64,000 nt of DNA, from positions 44,421 through 108,420 of the forward strand of contig JBKBYA010000012.1 of assembly GCA_046313635.1 (NCBI GenBank), in the 5' to 3' direction. Origin of the DNA: Pyrinomonadaceae bacterium. GTDB taxonomy: Bacteria > Acidobacteriota > Blastocatellia > Pyrinomonadales > Pyrinomonadaceae. The notes under the pieces were generated by a model that saw only the letters and a list, made by a program, of their open reading frames with translations, did no database searches and was not told where the DNA came from. The first letter of the stretch is position 1, and every line of letters begins with the position of its first letter. Shown piece by piece: positions 9,487 to 19,744 of this stretch. Made by a program: the position numbers and the translations under genes.

Positions 9487-12400
9487 TCAGATCGTGGGCG
9501 CTCGGCGGAGCTCCATCTCAAAACTCACGGTGGTCCCCGCCTTTTCGCTGGTCGACGCGATGTCGAGCCTGCCGCCGAGCGCGTCCGCGCGGCGCTGCAT
9601 ACTGCGAAGCCCCTGCCCGTCCGGCCAACTCCCCGGAGCAAAGCCTCGCCCGTTATCGGCGACGTTCAGACGCAGCCGGTCGCCCTCGATCTCAAAGCGG
9701 ATCACCACGCGGGTACAGCCGGAATGCCGGGCCGCGTTATTCACGGCTTCCTTAAAGATCAACAGAACATCGCGACGCACGCCGACCGGCAACTGCAGAT
9801 CCTCTTCGCTCACCGGCGCGAAGTACTCGAGATCGATGTCCCGAAGCGTAAAGATCTCTTCGGCATGCGAGCGCATTCGCCTCACGAGATCGACGACGCG
9901 GTCGTGTTCGGGACTGATCGCCCAGACTATATCGTTCATCGACGCGACCGACTCGCGCGAGATGTCGGCGATCGACTCGAGCAGGTCGGCCGAGCCGTTT
10001 GCAGAGCGTTGCCGCGCGACCTCGCTGAGCAGCGAGATGCGTGTCAGGTTTGCACCGATGTCGTCGTGCAGGTCGGTCGCGATCCGCGTCCGCATTCGCT
10101 CAAGCTGCAGTATCCGCGCGAGCCGATTGCGGTAAAAGCCGTAAAAGGCGATCCCGACGGCAAACGCCAGCGCCGTGATAAACCACCAGCGCTGCCAGAT
10201 GGGAGCCGCCACCCTGAACTCAACATTCGCCGGCGCTCCGGTCACGCCGTCAAAGGTGAGGGCCCGCACCTCGAGCAGGAATTCGCCCGCCGCGAGATCG
10301 GCGATGTTGATCGTGCGCTCATTCGTGGTATTCCAGGCGAGGTTCTCGCCGAGGCGGTATTCGTAACGGAGCCTCTCGCCGAGGCCCGCGCCGAGACCGA
10401 TGAAATCGACGCTTACCGAATCGTGGGCGGCGAGCGACACCGGCGGCACCGACTGCTCGCCGAGCACCGAGATCGGTTGGGCCTGGCCGTTCGACGAGCG
10501 GATGCCGGTGATCAACGCCGTCGGCGGCCGCCTCTCGCGCAGCGGCTCCGGCCGCAGACGCGCCAATCCTTTCTGCGCCGAGAACCAGAGATCGCCGTGA
10601 CGATCGCGAAACGCCACCTCGACCTGGTTGGCGGGCAGACCGTCGCTGGTCGTGAAGTTCCTGACCGCGCCCGACTCTAGATCGATCCGGTCGACGCCGC
10701 GGCCCGAACCCGCGTAGAGCCTGCCAAAATTGTCTTCGACGACACAGTAGATGCCGTTGCTCGCGAGCCCCTCGGCGCGTCCGTATCGTGCAAACTCGAG
10801 GCTGCCCTGCGAATCGGGATCCAACAGCCGCAGCAGCCCGGTCGTCGTATTGGCAAACCAGATCTGCCCCTTCGAGTCGAGATACGCGTCACGCATCCAG
10901 CCGGTGGGCACGCCGTCCTTTTCGGTAAACGTCCGAAATACGCCGTCGCGATAGCGAACGAGCACGGCCTCGCGCCCGTTGTCGATCCCGGTCGCGATCC
11001 AAAGGTTGCCGGCCCGATCCTGGAGAAAGGCGGACACGAGCGACACCGGTGTCAATCCCGCCGCGTCCGTCAGGTCTTCCCACGTTCCGGTCGATCGCCG
11101 CCATCTCAACAGTCCGTATTTCGGTTGGCCAAACGTGCCGACCCAGATGTCGCCGTGCGAGTCCTCAAAGATCCTGAAGGGCTCGCCTCTGAATACGCCC
11201 GGCGCCGCGTCCTCAGGGGCCGCGGCGGCAAGTTCGGCAAAAACTTTGGAGCCGCGATAACGGATAAGAGCCGCGCCGCTCGCTATCCACCAGTCGCCGA
11301 AGCGGTCCTGAAGTGCGGTCTGCTTCCAGCCCCAGCCGTGGGAATTTTGTCCGAAAGCCAGGTCGCGGAGCTTTATGATCTCAAACTTGTCGCCGCCGAA
11401 ACGGCTGAGCCAGCGGCCATTCGAATGGCTGGCCGCGACCAGGTCGCCCGCGGCGGTCTCGAGGAGCGTTTCGGGAAACGCGAAACCCAGACCGTCCCTT
11501 TCATCAAACGACGTGAAGCCGTAGCGTGCGATACGCTTGACGCCGCAGCTCGAGGCGATCCAAATATTGCCGTCCGAGTCCTCGTGGATCGCGTCGGTGT
11601 GATCGCACAGTCCGTTCTCCTCGCGATAGACGCGTCGGCAGACCGGACCGGGCCCGTCGTTCCATTCGCAGAGGCCCTTGGCCGTCGCGAGCAGCATCCG
11701 GCCGTCGGATGCACGATCGATATCTGCGATCCAGTTCGACGAGAGGCCGTCCCTTTCCAACACGATACGCTCGACCAGACGCTCGCCTGCCGCGCGGTCC
11801 GCGTCCAGGATCAGGAGTCCTCCAAAGTCGCGCATCCCGGCAAGAATCCGACCCGACGCGTCCTCCAGAAACGAGGTAACGCCGGCCGTCGGCACGCCTG
11901 CCTCAGCTCCGAACGTGACCGCATGGCCCTCAGCGTCGATGCGTGCGATCCATCCGAACGATCCCGCCCAGACCCGCCCCTTAGAATCGCGATAGAGCGC
12001 CGTTACCTCGGGCCGACGGACCGCCGGCGGCCCGTCGATCGCGACCCGCTCGAACGTGACCTCGCCGCCGCGCGCGCGAACGCGATAAAGTCCCGCATCC
12101 GACGCCGCGAGAAACGAATCAGCGCCTTCGCGCAAAAACGCCCTAAATGACCGCGCTTCGCCGCCCGCCGGCGCAAAGACCGAAAAGAGCGGATTGTCCT
12201 GCGAGCCGCGCAGCCCTCGCGGGTTGAGCCTTGCAAGCCCGCCGTCGGTCGCGAAAAAGTACGTTTCGCGATCGAGCTCGAGCACGTCGTTGACGTGCCG
12301 CTCCGGCAGACCGTCGTCGACCGTAAAGGTCGTAAAGCCGTAACCGTCAAACCGCGAAACTCCGTCCGCCGTGCAGATCCAGAGGAAGCCGCGAGAGTCC

Positions 12401-12579
12401 TGCACGATGCGCGATGCTCCGTCGCGCGGCAGACCGTCGGCGATCGTGTACGTCCGCACCGGCAGACGCTCGGCCCGCGCTCCGGCGACCGACACAAGCA
12501 AAGATGCTGCGAGAAGAAGAAGGGCGCGGCGGCGCGGCGTCAATTTGGAGGGCCCGGACGTCTTTTTCGGCCTCGTCAT
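9487..12579 (-). CDS. Sensor histidine kinase with periplasmic double beta-propeller/Y_Y_Y region and HisKA_3/HATPase_c
   Basis: 'DGL(P)..' and 'D..G.LW' propeller repeats; TM segment PIWQRWWF; IATDLHDDIG; KEAVNNAARHS, DNGRGF, GQGLRSM. Confidence 0.92.
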   Translation of the reverse strand: MTRPKKTSGPSKLTPRRRALLLLAASLLVSVAGARAERLPVRTYTIADGLPRDGASRIVQDSRGFLWICTADGVSRFDGYGFTTFTVDDGLPERHVNDVLELDRETYFFATDGGLARLNPRGLRGSQDNPLFSVFAPAGGEARSFRAFLREGADSFLAASDAGLYRVRARGGEVTFERVAIDGPPAVRRPEVTALYRDSKGRVWAGSFGWIARIDAEGHAVTFGAEAGVPTAGVTSFLEDASGRILAGMRDFGGLLILDADRAAGERLVERIVLERDGLSSNWIADIDRASDGRMLLATAKGLCEWNDGPGPVCRRVYREENGLCDHTDAIHEDSDGNIWIASSCGVKRIARYGFTSFDERDGLGFAFPETLLETAAGDLVAASHSNGRWLSRFGGDKFEIIKLRDLAFGQNSHGWGWKQTALQDRFGDWWIASGAALIRYRGSKVFAELAAAAPEDAAPGVFRGEPFRIFEDSHGDIWVGTFGQPKYGLLRWRRSTGTWEDLTDAAGLTPVSLVSAFLQDRAGNLWIATGIDNGREAVLVRYRDGVFRTFTEKDGVPTGWMRDAYLDSKGQIWFANTTTGLLRLLDPDSQGSLEFARYGRAEGLASNGIYCVVEDNFGRLYAGSGRGVDRIDLESGAVRNFTTSDGLPANQVEVAFRDRHGDLWFSAQKGLARLRPEPLRERRPPTALITGIRSSNGQAQPISVLGEQSVPPVSLAAHDSVSVDFIGLGAGLGERLRYEYRLGENLAWNTTNERTINIADLAAGEFLLEVRALTFDGVTGAPANVEFRVAAPIWQRWWFITALAFAVGIAFYGFYRNRLARILQLERMRTRIATDLHDDIGANLTRISLLSEVARQRSANGSADLLESIADISRESVASMNDIVWAISPEHDRVVDLVRRMRSHAEEIFTLRDIDLEYFAPVSEEDLQLPVGVRRDVLLIFKEAVNNAARHSGCTRVVIRFEIEGDRLRLNVADNGRGFAPGSWPDGQGLRSMQRRADALGGRLDIASTSEKAGTTVSFEMELRRAPTI

Positions 12580-12629
12580 AGCATCGAAGGGATGGCGAAT
12601 TATTACACCGGCCGCTCGTCCCTGACAAG

Positions 12630-12662
12630 AAAAAAACCGCCGGACCTTTTGAGGCCGGCGGT
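12630..12662 (-). terminator. Intrinsic terminator after the DPP-IV gene
   Basis: ACCGCCGG/CCGGCGGT stem followed by a T7 run on the minus strand. Confidence 0.7.
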
Positions 12663-12693
12663 CTATTCGCAGCATCGATCGTCGATGTTCGAT

Positions 12694-14955
12694 CTAGAGA
12701 TTCTTCAAAATGAAATCGGTCATCATCGTGTACCAGTGCCGCACCTGGGCGGGGTTGGTGACGCCGTGGCGGGCCGTTGGATACAGCATCAGGTCGAATT
12801 GCTTGTTCGCCTTTTGCAGCTCGTAAGCCAGCTGCGTCGTGTTCTGCATGTGCACGTTGTCGTCGATCTGGCCGTGGATCAGCATCAGGCGGCCGTTGAG
12901 GTTGCCTGCAGCTTTGAGCACCGACGAGTTGTCGTAGCCGCGCGGGTTGTTTTGCGGCGTCATCATATAACGCTCGGTGTAGATCGAGTCGTAATTTCGC
13001 CAATCGGTGACCGAGCCGCCCGCGATGCCGATCTTGAACGCCTTGCTGTGCGTCATCGCGTACGAGGTCATAAATCCGCCGTAGCTCCAGCCGTGCAGTC
13101 CGATGCGTTCGCCGTCGACGAACTGCAGCGACTTGAGATAGGCGACGCCGTCCTCGAGATCGCGCAGCTCGAGGCGGCCGAGATCCTTGTAGATCGGCCA
13201 GACCGATTCTTCGCCCTTGCCGCTCGCCGAGCGGTTGTCGCAGATCCAGATGATGTAGCCCTTTTGCGCGAGAAGCTGAAACCACATTCCGCGTGTACCG
13301 AGCCAGCGGTTTGCGACCGACGGCGCGTGCGGGCCCGAGTATGTAAAGCTGAAGACCGGATACTTTTTTGTCGCGTCAAAGTCGGGCGGCTTGATCATCA
13401 TCGCTTCCATCTCAAAGCCGTCACGCGTCTTGACCTTCAAAAAGTCCGGCCGGCTCAATTTGTACTGCGAGAGAGCGTCGACCTTGTTCTCGTTGATCAC
13501 GCGCTCGAGCGTGCCGTCGGCGCGGTAGAGCCGCGTCTGCGGCGGAGTGTTGACGTCGCTCCAGATATCGACGAAGTGCGTGAGATTTGCATTGAACGCC
13601 GCCGAGTGCGAGCCGTCGCCCTGCGTGATGCGTTGGGCCTCGCCGCCGCCGATGCGGACGCGGTAAACATTCTCTGCGATGTGCGAATCTTTGGTCCCAG
13701 AAAAGTAAGCGTAACCGCTCGACTCGTCGACGCCGTGAAGCCCGCGAACTTCCCATTTGCCGTCGGTCAACTGGCGAATGAGTTTGCCGCCGGCATCGTA
13801 GTGATACAGATGCCGCCAGCCGTTGCGGGCAGACTGCCAGACGAACGAGCCGTCCTTTAAGAACGCGGGATTGTCGTAGACCTCGACCCACGCCGCGGTC
13901 GTCTCGGTCAAAACTTTGCGGACCTTGCCGTCCGCGGCGCTTGCGGCGCTGAGATCGAGAAAGGTCTGCTCGCGATTCAAAGCCTGAAAAAAGACGCTGC
14001 GGCTGTCGGGCGTCCACGCGACGCGCGCGATGAGCAGGTCGTCGGGCTTGTAATTTGAAATGTCGACAAACTTCGCTACGTCGCCGAATCTCAAAACTGT
14101 CGACGGCAGACGAGCTCCGATGCCGGGCACGCGGCCGGCGTTCGGAATAAAAGAGGTCCTCGTCACGTCGGCGATGCCGAGACGCACCGTCGGGTTTGGG
14201 TCGCCGGCCTGCGGGTAGCTTGTGTGCTCGACCGACTGGTCGGTCGGAATGTCGTTCGGGATGACGAACTTCGGGACCGGCGACTCGTCCAATCTCAAAA
14301 ACGCGATGTAGCGCGAATCGGGCGACCACCAATAGCCGCGCTTCTGGCCGCGGCCGTAGAGTTCCTCCTCGTAGACCCAGTCGAGGATGCCGTTGAGAAT
14401 TTTCCCATCGCTGCCGTCGCGGGTGAGCTGCTTTTCGCGCCCCGTCGAGGCTTCCATCACAAAGAGGTTGTTGCCGCGGACGTACGAGACGTACTTGCCG
14501 TCCGGGCTGAAGTCGGGCTCTTTCTCTTCCTCGTTAGAATTCGTCAGCCGCCGCAGCGTGCCCGCCGCGAGGTCGTAGTACCAGAGATCGTTCTGGCGAT
14601 TGATGATTATCGCGGTTTCGTTCGGGCTGAAGAGCAGCTCGGGCGAGTTTGAGAGCTCGTTGGCCTCGTCAGACTTGACGCCCGCGTTTACTAGCGCCGC
14701 GGCCAGCCGCGAGCTGTCAAAATAATCGCGGGACTCGCCCGTGACCGCGTTGACGCGCACGAGCTTGCCAGCCTGGACCTGCTTGAAAGACCGCGCGTCG
14801 CTCGCCCACTGCACAAACGTCGGCGTCCCGCTGAAGCGCACGCGGACCTTGGGATCGGTGCTGAATATGTCGTCGAGCGTGAGAAGCCTCTCCTGCGCAT
14901 AGGCCGCGGACGCAAATGCAATGAACGCCAAAAAGAGCCACTGGAACTTTTTCAT
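12694..14955 (-). CDS. Dipeptidyl-peptidase IV (S9B family)
   Basis: Signal peptide; DWVYEEE motif; GWSYGG nucleophile; DDNVH; H in ARHG. Confidence 0.95.
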   Translation of the reverse strand: MKKFQWLFLAFIAFASAAYAQERLLTLDDIFSTDPKVRVRFSGTPTFVQWASDARSFKQVQAGKLVRVNAVTGESRDYFDSSRLAAALVNAGVKSDEANELSNSPELLFSPNETAIIINRQNDLWYYDLAAGTLRRLTNSNEEEKEPDFSPDGKYVSYVRGNNLFVMEASTGREKQLTRDGSDGKILNGILDWVYEEELYGRGQKRGYWWSPDSRYIAFLRLDESPVPKFVIPNDIPTDQSVEHTSYPQAGDPNPTVRLGIADVTRTSFIPNAGRVPGIGARLPSTVLRFGDVAKFVDISNYKPDDLLIARVAWTPDSRSVFFQALNREQTFLDLSAASAADGKVRKVLTETTAAWVEVYDNPAFLKDGSFVWQSARNGWRHLYHYDAGGKLIRQLTDGKWEVRGLHGVDESSGYAYFSGTKDSHIAENVYRVRIGGGEAQRITQGDGSHSAAFNANLTHFVDIWSDVNTPPQTRLYRADGTLERVINENKVDALSQYKLSRPDFLKVKTRDGFEMEAMMIKPPDFDATKKYPVFSFTYSGPHAPSVANRWLGTRGMWFQLLAQKGYIIWICDNRSASGKGEESVWPIYKDLGRLELRDLEDGVAYLKSLQFVDGERIGLHGWSYGGFMTSYAMTHSKAFKIGIAGGSVTDWRNYDSIYTERYMMTPQNNPRGYDNSSVLKAAGNLNGRLMLIHGQIDDNVHMQNTTQLAYELQKANKQFDLMLYPTARHGVTNPAQVRHWYTMMTDFILKNL

Positions 14956-15084
14956 AATCGTTGTCGGTTGAACGGGAAGAGCTGCGTAGTAAGGATAATC
15001 AAAGCTTGCTCAAGCGGCAATCGGAAGGGCCCGAGACAATAAACGGTGCACATTTCCAGCGGCTGTGCCGCAGTGCTGAGAGTT

Positions 15085-15996
15085 TCACGCCTTTGGGTGC
15101 GCTTTGGTGTAAACGTCGATCATCTTCTCCATCGACACCTGCGTGTAGATCTGAGTCGTCGAGAGGCGTGCGTGGCCGAGGAGTTCCTGAATGTCGCGCA
15201 GATCGGCGCCCGAGTCGAGCAGGTGCGTGGCGAAGGTGTGCCGCAAAGAGTGCGGCGAGATGTCGTGGATGTCGGCGCACTGCTTGATGTATTTGTCGAT
15301 CATCCGGCCGACGCTGCGCGTCGTGATGCGCGTGCCCTGGTAATTCAAAAAGACGGCCTGCTCGTCGCGCTTCTCGACCGGAGCGTTCAATAAAAACTGA
15401 GCCCGCGTCTCCTCGAGATAATGCATCAGCGCCTGCAGCGCGGGCTCGCCAAAGGGCACGATCCGCTGCTTTTTTCGCTTGCCGGTGACGCGCACCATTC
15501 GCTCGCGAAAGTCTATGTCGCGCAAGTTCAGCCCGACCAGTTCGCCGACGCGGATGCCGGTCGCATAAAGAAACTCGAGTATCGCCCGGTCGCGGCGGCC
15601 GAGGTCTGTGTTGACGTCGGGCGTCTCGATAAAGCGGACGGCGTCCTCCTGCGAGAGATGATTCGGGATCTTGCGCTCGATCTTGGGCGTCGCGACCAGC
15701 TTTGCCGGATTGACGTCGAGCACGCCTTCGCGGATGAGGAACTGAAAGAACGTTCGCAGGCTTGCGAGCTTTCGCGCGACCGACGTCTTTTTATGATCGC
15801 CGTGCAGCCCGGCCATCCACTCGCGGATCGTGAGCCGGTCGATCTCTTTGACGTCGATATCCGCGCGCTTTTCGATCCTCAGCATGTGATCGCGAAACTG
15901 CTCGAGATCGCTCGCATAATTGCGCAGCGTGTGCGGGCTGACATTCCGCTCATATTTCAGGTGCTGGAGAAACTGTTTGAGGTGGTCGTCGAGCAT
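15085..15996 (-). CDS. xerC: Tyrosine recombinase XerC
   Basis: [54 protein letters not shown]; 303 aa; near trmFO. Confidence 0.88.
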   Translation of the reverse strand: MLDDHLKQFLQHLKYERNVSPHTLRNYASDLEQFRDHMLRIEKRADIDVKEIDRLTIREWMAGLHGDHKKTSVARKLASLRTFFQFLIREGVLDVNPAKLVATPKIERKIPNHLSQEDAVRFIETPDVNTDLGRRDRAILEFLYATGIRVGELVGLNLRDIDFRERMVRVTGKRKKQRIVPFGEPALQALMHYLEETRAQFLLNAPVEKRDEQAVFLNYQGTRITTRSVGRMIDKYIKQCADIHDISPHSLRHTFATHLLDSGADLRDIQELLGHARLSTTQIYTQVSMEKMIDVYTKAHPKA

Positions 15997-16104
15997 GTGC
16001 TGGTAAGAGTTACGCGTTCACGCGTGAAACCGTGCGAGCCACACCGGAGATGGGCGGGTGTCGACATCAATACGTCAGCACTCTGACGGCCCGGGAGACT
16101 CACG

Positions 16105-17037
16105 CTAGTCAAAATCCCAATCCTTGCCGTAATCGAGGATCGGATACTGCTTACAAGTTTGTTGCTTCGTTCAACCCCATCCAAACATCTCAGTGCCCTC
16201 TGTGCTCTCTGTGGTTTCGGATCTCCACTCGATCCTCAATTCATTTGTCGTTCGTTCACCACAGAGTACACAGAGTGCACAGAGTCAATTTGACGGAGGT
16301 CATATCCGAAGATGTTGATTGTTTCGGCTATCTCATCCATTCAAATATCTCAGTGCCCTCTGTGCTCTCTGTGGTTTCGGATCTCCACTCGATCCTCAAT
16401 TCATTTGTCGTTCGTTCACCACAGAGTACACAGAGTGCACAGAGTCAATTGATAGAAACTTTATCCCGCAGCTTACAAATGCCTTGGTTTTCGCAGCCAT
16501 CTCCACGCCGACCTTTTCCAGATACTCTGACGCGCTTGAGTAAGGCCAGTCCTGCCACCTTTTCACGTACCCGTGTTTTACCGGATTGTGGTGAATGTAG
16601 TTCAGCGTCGCGTAGAAATGCCGCTCCGATCGCATCGACCTTTCGACGCACCGATACCAAACCTTTCGGCCGCGCTCGTCGTCTTCACCATTCCAAGTGT
16701 ATGACGACAAGCCATGATATTTGCCGAGTGCGGCGAGCAACGATCTGACCCGGGCCGTGCGGAGGAGAAGGTGATAGTGATTCGGTAGGGCGCACCAAGC
16801 GTGTAGGGCCGCGTTCTCGGTCCTACAGAGCTCGATCAGATCTGCTTCACACCCTGCCATTCTCCCCGGCGAACTCCCGATGATGTGCCGATGTTCAAAG
16901 CAGGCGGCCGTTACAATAAAGTTCTGTTCCCCGAGATAATCGAAGTGCGGCGGTGCGTGCCAGGGTCGGCGGTACGCCCTGCGTTCGCTCAGAGCGTTCG
17001 CCCGCATCTCGTCAGACATTTTACGCCAGTTGTACAT
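16105..17037 (-). pseudogene. REP-associated tyrosine (Y1/HUH) transposase, interrupted near its 3' end by an insertion of about 330 bp
   Basis: FIVTAAC, AWCALPNHYHLL (HUH), YIHHNPVKHG, WPYSSA; ORF 16396-17037 runs into repeat DNA; same-frame tail KQYPILDYGKDWDFD* at 16152-16105. Confidence 0.75.
16187..16450. repeat. Two identical 104-bp units (16187-16290, 16347-16450), each with internal CTCTGTG/CACAGAG imperfect inverted arms (REPIN-like)
   Basis: Direct reading; period 160 bp; arms CTCAGTGCCCTCTGTGCTCTCTGTGGT and ACCACAGAGTACACAGAGTGCACAGAG. Confidence 0.9.
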
Positions 17038-17121
17038 CGTGTCGACGTTTATAACAGACGCCCTAAGCGTGAACAGATGTTGATTCTAATTCATGAGCCG
17101 TCACGCGTGAACGCGTAACTC

Positions 17122-18216
17122 TTACCGCTTGGGGACATAATACCCTTTGCGTGTCCTGACGGTGAGGTTTGGGTTGCTTTTTACCGTAACGGTGATCTGC
17201 CTGAAGTCGCCGGGCTTGCCCGTCTCGGTCTCCGGATAGTAGCTCAAAATGTACTGGTCCGAGAGCTCGCCCGAGATCCGCGCAAAGGCCGTTTCCATCT
17301 CGCGTTCGTCGAGCGGCGAATAGACCGCGCCGCCGGTCTGCGACGCGATCTCCTGCATACGGCGTTCGGCGTCGAGCACGCGAATGTTGGCGTTGCCGCC
17401 GCGTTGGCCCGTGCGTTTGAAGTTTTCAAAGTCCTTTGTCTTGACGACGTAGACCTGACAATTCGTGAACTGCAGTCGGCGGATCACCTTTTCGAGCGTC
17501 GTCGAGTAATCGCTGTACGTATCTTCGCCGTCCGAGACGATGACGATGACGCGGCGGCCATCGAGTGCCGATTCGCGCAGATAGTCGGCGACCTCGAGGA
17601 TGCCGTCGAGCAGAGCGGTCGCTCCCTCGGGCTGAGGGAGCGACTCGACGGCACGCAGGAGCAGCGAGACGTCGCGCGTCAGCGGCTGCGACATTCGCGT
17701 CGCGTCGGCGACCGTAAAGAGCGCGGCCATGTCGCGCTCGGGCCGCAGCACGCGTTTGAAGAATTTCACGGCCGCTTCTTTTTCAAACTCGCGCGCGATC
17801 AGCACGCTCGACGAGTTGTCAAAGAGCATCGCCAGCCGTATCGGCGTCGCAGCCCGAGTGACCTCGCCGATCGCGACGCGTCGGCCGTCGATCGACAGTT
17901 CAAAATCCTCAAGCCGGAGGCTGGTCACCGCTCGGCCATGAGAGTCGACGACCGAGACCGGTATCGGTACGAGCGTCGACTCGATCTTCAGAACGTCGTC
18001 GTCGTCGGTCGCGGGTTTGGCCGGCGTGGGCGTCGGTGTCGCGTCGTTCTTTGGCAGCGGTTTGTCGACGGACGACCACTCTCGCGGCACGTATATGACC
18101 CGCGGCCGTTCGCGATCGGGAGTGGGACTCGGCGTCGGCTTGGTCCGGCCCGACTGGGCAAGCGCGCTCGGCGACAAAAGGATGAGAATCACGATCGAAT
18201 AAATGCCGAGCTTCAT
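17122..18216 (-). CDS. Acidobacterial VWFA-related secreted protein
   Basis: Signal peptide; Pro/Thr linker; DNSSSV MIDAS; TALLDG; SDGED; TGG; QYILSYYP; VRTRKGYY. Confidence 0.88.
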   Translation of the reverse strand: MKLGIYSIVILILLSPSALAQSGRTKPTPSPTPDRERPRVIYVPREWSSVDKPLPKNDATPTPTPAKPATDDDDVLKIESTLVPIPVSVVDSHGRAVTSLRLEDFELSIDGRRVAIGEVTRAATPIRLAMLFDNSSSVLIAREFEKEAAVKFFKRVLRPERDMAALFTVADATRMSQPLTRDVSLLLRAVESLPQPEGATALLDGILEVADYLRESALDGRRVIVIVSDGEDTYSDYSTTLEKVIRRLQFTNCQVYVVKTKDFENFKRTGQRGGNANIRVLDAERRMQEIASQTGGAVYSPLDEREMETAFARISGELSDQYILSYYPETETGKPGDFRQITVTVKSNPNLTVRTRKGYYVPKR

Positions 18217-18282
18217 TGATTGGCTAAGTGTACGGTCGCGGATTTGATTAGCGAACTGCTCTCTGCGGTTGCATTCGGCCGA

Positions 18283-19011
18283 TCAGGCAAAGATCAGCTT
18301 CGATCCCGCAACAACGAGCACGAGAGCCAAGACCCGCCGCATCGTCAGCGAGTCAAACCGCTTTGCGCCGAGTGTCGAGCCGACAACGCCGCCGACGACC
18401 GCGACGGCGACCCAGAGCCAGACGTTCGCCGGCAGCGATGCGGCGTGCCGGAAATTGCCGGCGAGACCCGAGATCGAGTTTACAAGTATGAACAGCGCCG
18501 ATACTCCAGCGGCGGTCCTGGTCTCTGACCAATTCATCAGCAGCAGCACCGGCGTCAAAAAGATGCCGCCGCCGACGCCGACGAGCCCCGAGAGCAGCCC
18601 GATCGCTCCGCCGACCGCGAGTGCAATGAAGAGATTCGGGGCCTTGGCCTCGACGCCGTCGTTGAGCTTCCAAGCCAAACGCACAGCGGCGACGATCAGG
18701 ACAGCTCCGAGGATCGTCTTGTAAATATGCGCCGGCAGCGTGATCATCCCGCCGACAAACGCCATCGGGATCGACGCCGCCGCAAACGGCCAGAACGCCC
18801 GCCACGAAAAATGCCCGCCGCGATAGAACTGAACCGCCGCGATCGACGCGACGAAAACATTCAAAACCAAAGCCGTCGGCCGCGTGACTTCGGGCATCAC
18901 GCCAAACAGCGCCATTACCGCCAAATACCCCGAAGCCCCGCCGTGCCCGACCGAGGAGTAAAGAACCGCGACGATGAAGATCGCAATGATAATTAGGACC
19001 TGTGCTTCCAT
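18283..19011 (-). CDS. Sulfite exporter TauE/SafE family membrane protein
   Basis: YSSVGHGGASGY and GLVGVGGGIFLTP repeats; highly hydrophobic. Confidence 0.88.
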   Translation of the reverse strand: MEAQVLIIIAIFIVAVLYSSVGHGGASGYLAVMALFGVMPEVTRPTALVLNVFVASIAAVQFYRGGHFSWRAFWPFAAASIPMAFVGGMITLPAHIYKTILGAVLIVAAVRLAWKLNDGVEAKAPNLFIALAVGGAIGLLSGLVGVGGGIFLTPVLLLMNWSETRTAAGVSALFILVNSISGLAGNFRHAASLPANVWLWVAVAVVGGVVGSTLGAKRFDSLTMRRVLALVLVVAGSKLIFA

Positions 19012-19042
19012 TCCAAGTGTGCGGTCTTAAGCCAACGGCAAC

Positions 19043-19137
19043 CTTCGAACTTGCCTTCATTGCCGTCGCCTTCAGGCGACGGACCATTTGATCTTCGAAC
19101 TTGCCTTCATTGCCGTCGCCTTCAGGCGACGGACCAT
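19043..19137. repeat. Tandem 45-bp duplication (period 50) carrying the left palindromic end of the TnpA element
   Basis: CTTCGAACTTGCCTTCATTGCCGTCGCCTTCAGGCGACGGACCAT at 19043 and 19093. Confidence 0.9.
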
Positions 19138-19658
19138 ATGCTCCCAAGAAATTATTCCTGGGCTTTAGCCCCAGCTCCGGTGATTCGTTTCAGGGTCGCG
19201 AGTTCTCGATCGAACGGCACCGCTCGGTGATGTTCCTCTTGCTTCGCAATGTATTCTCTCACCCTATCGACCAGCGACTCCGAAACCGATATTGCATAGT
19301 AATCATCCTGCCAACTGAACAGGCCTTTCAAAATTCCCTGCTGGTTCAGCCAGTGCGCCGACTCGCCTTTGATCAGCATCATCACCTTCGCGACTGTCTG
19401 CTCGCGGCCAAGCGAGATCAGGACGTGCAGGTGATCTGACCACCCCCGGCACAGTCGAGGAATATGCCCTTGGCCCGACAATTCTCTTTGATGTGCTCAA
19501 ACAGGCGCTTTCGGATCTCGGGTGAAAGATTCTGCTCGCGGTTTTTTGTCGAGAATATCGCGTGTACCCAGACTCGGATGTAGGACATAGGTCGATTTCG
19601 GGCTAAAGCCCGGGATTCTGATTTAGATCCTTACCCGTCGCCTGAAGGCGACGGCAAT
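19109..19658. mobile_element. IS200/IS605-type TnpA element with 24-bp inverted palindromic ends and inner GGGCTTTAGCCC/GGGCTAAAGCCC hairpins
   Basis: ATTGCCGTCGCCTTCAGGCGACGG (19109-19132) and its exact reverse complement (19635-19658). Confidence 0.75.
19152..19588 (-). pseudogene. tnpA: IS200/IS605-family transposase TnpA, frameshifted at a G5 run (about 19443-19447)
   Basis: Frame 1 MSYIRVWVHAIFSTKNR...DCAG; frame 2 WSDHLHVLISL...IKGESAHW...FSWQDDYYAISVS...YIAKQEEHH; one extra G restores a continuous protein. Confidence 0.8.
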
Positions 19659-19744
19659 GGTGGGGAACAGTATATCCCCGCGATCTCCTCGAACGGTCTT
19701 AAGTTCCGCCATTAACAACTCGACTCCTCAAATCGCCGGTCGCT

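Larger units (their letters stand above)
16002..17126. mobile_element. RAYT locus bounded by perfect 26-bp inverted REP-like repeats
   Basis: GGTAAGAGTTACGCGTTCACGCGTGA at 16002-16027; exact reverse complement at 17101-17126; internal ACGCG-TTCA-CGCGT palindrome. Confidence 0.75.

Noticed and set aside
12295..13860. 521-aa plus-strand ORF
   Set aside because: Antisense shadow of the DPP-IV and kinase genes, typical of high-GC DNA, with no motifs.
15085..15996. Phage or island integrase
   Set aside because: Size, motifs and proximity to trmFO fit housekeeping XerC, and no phage genes are nearby.
16187..16450. Possible CRISPR array
   Set aside because: Only two units, each 104 bp long with REP-like arms, and no cas genes in the window.
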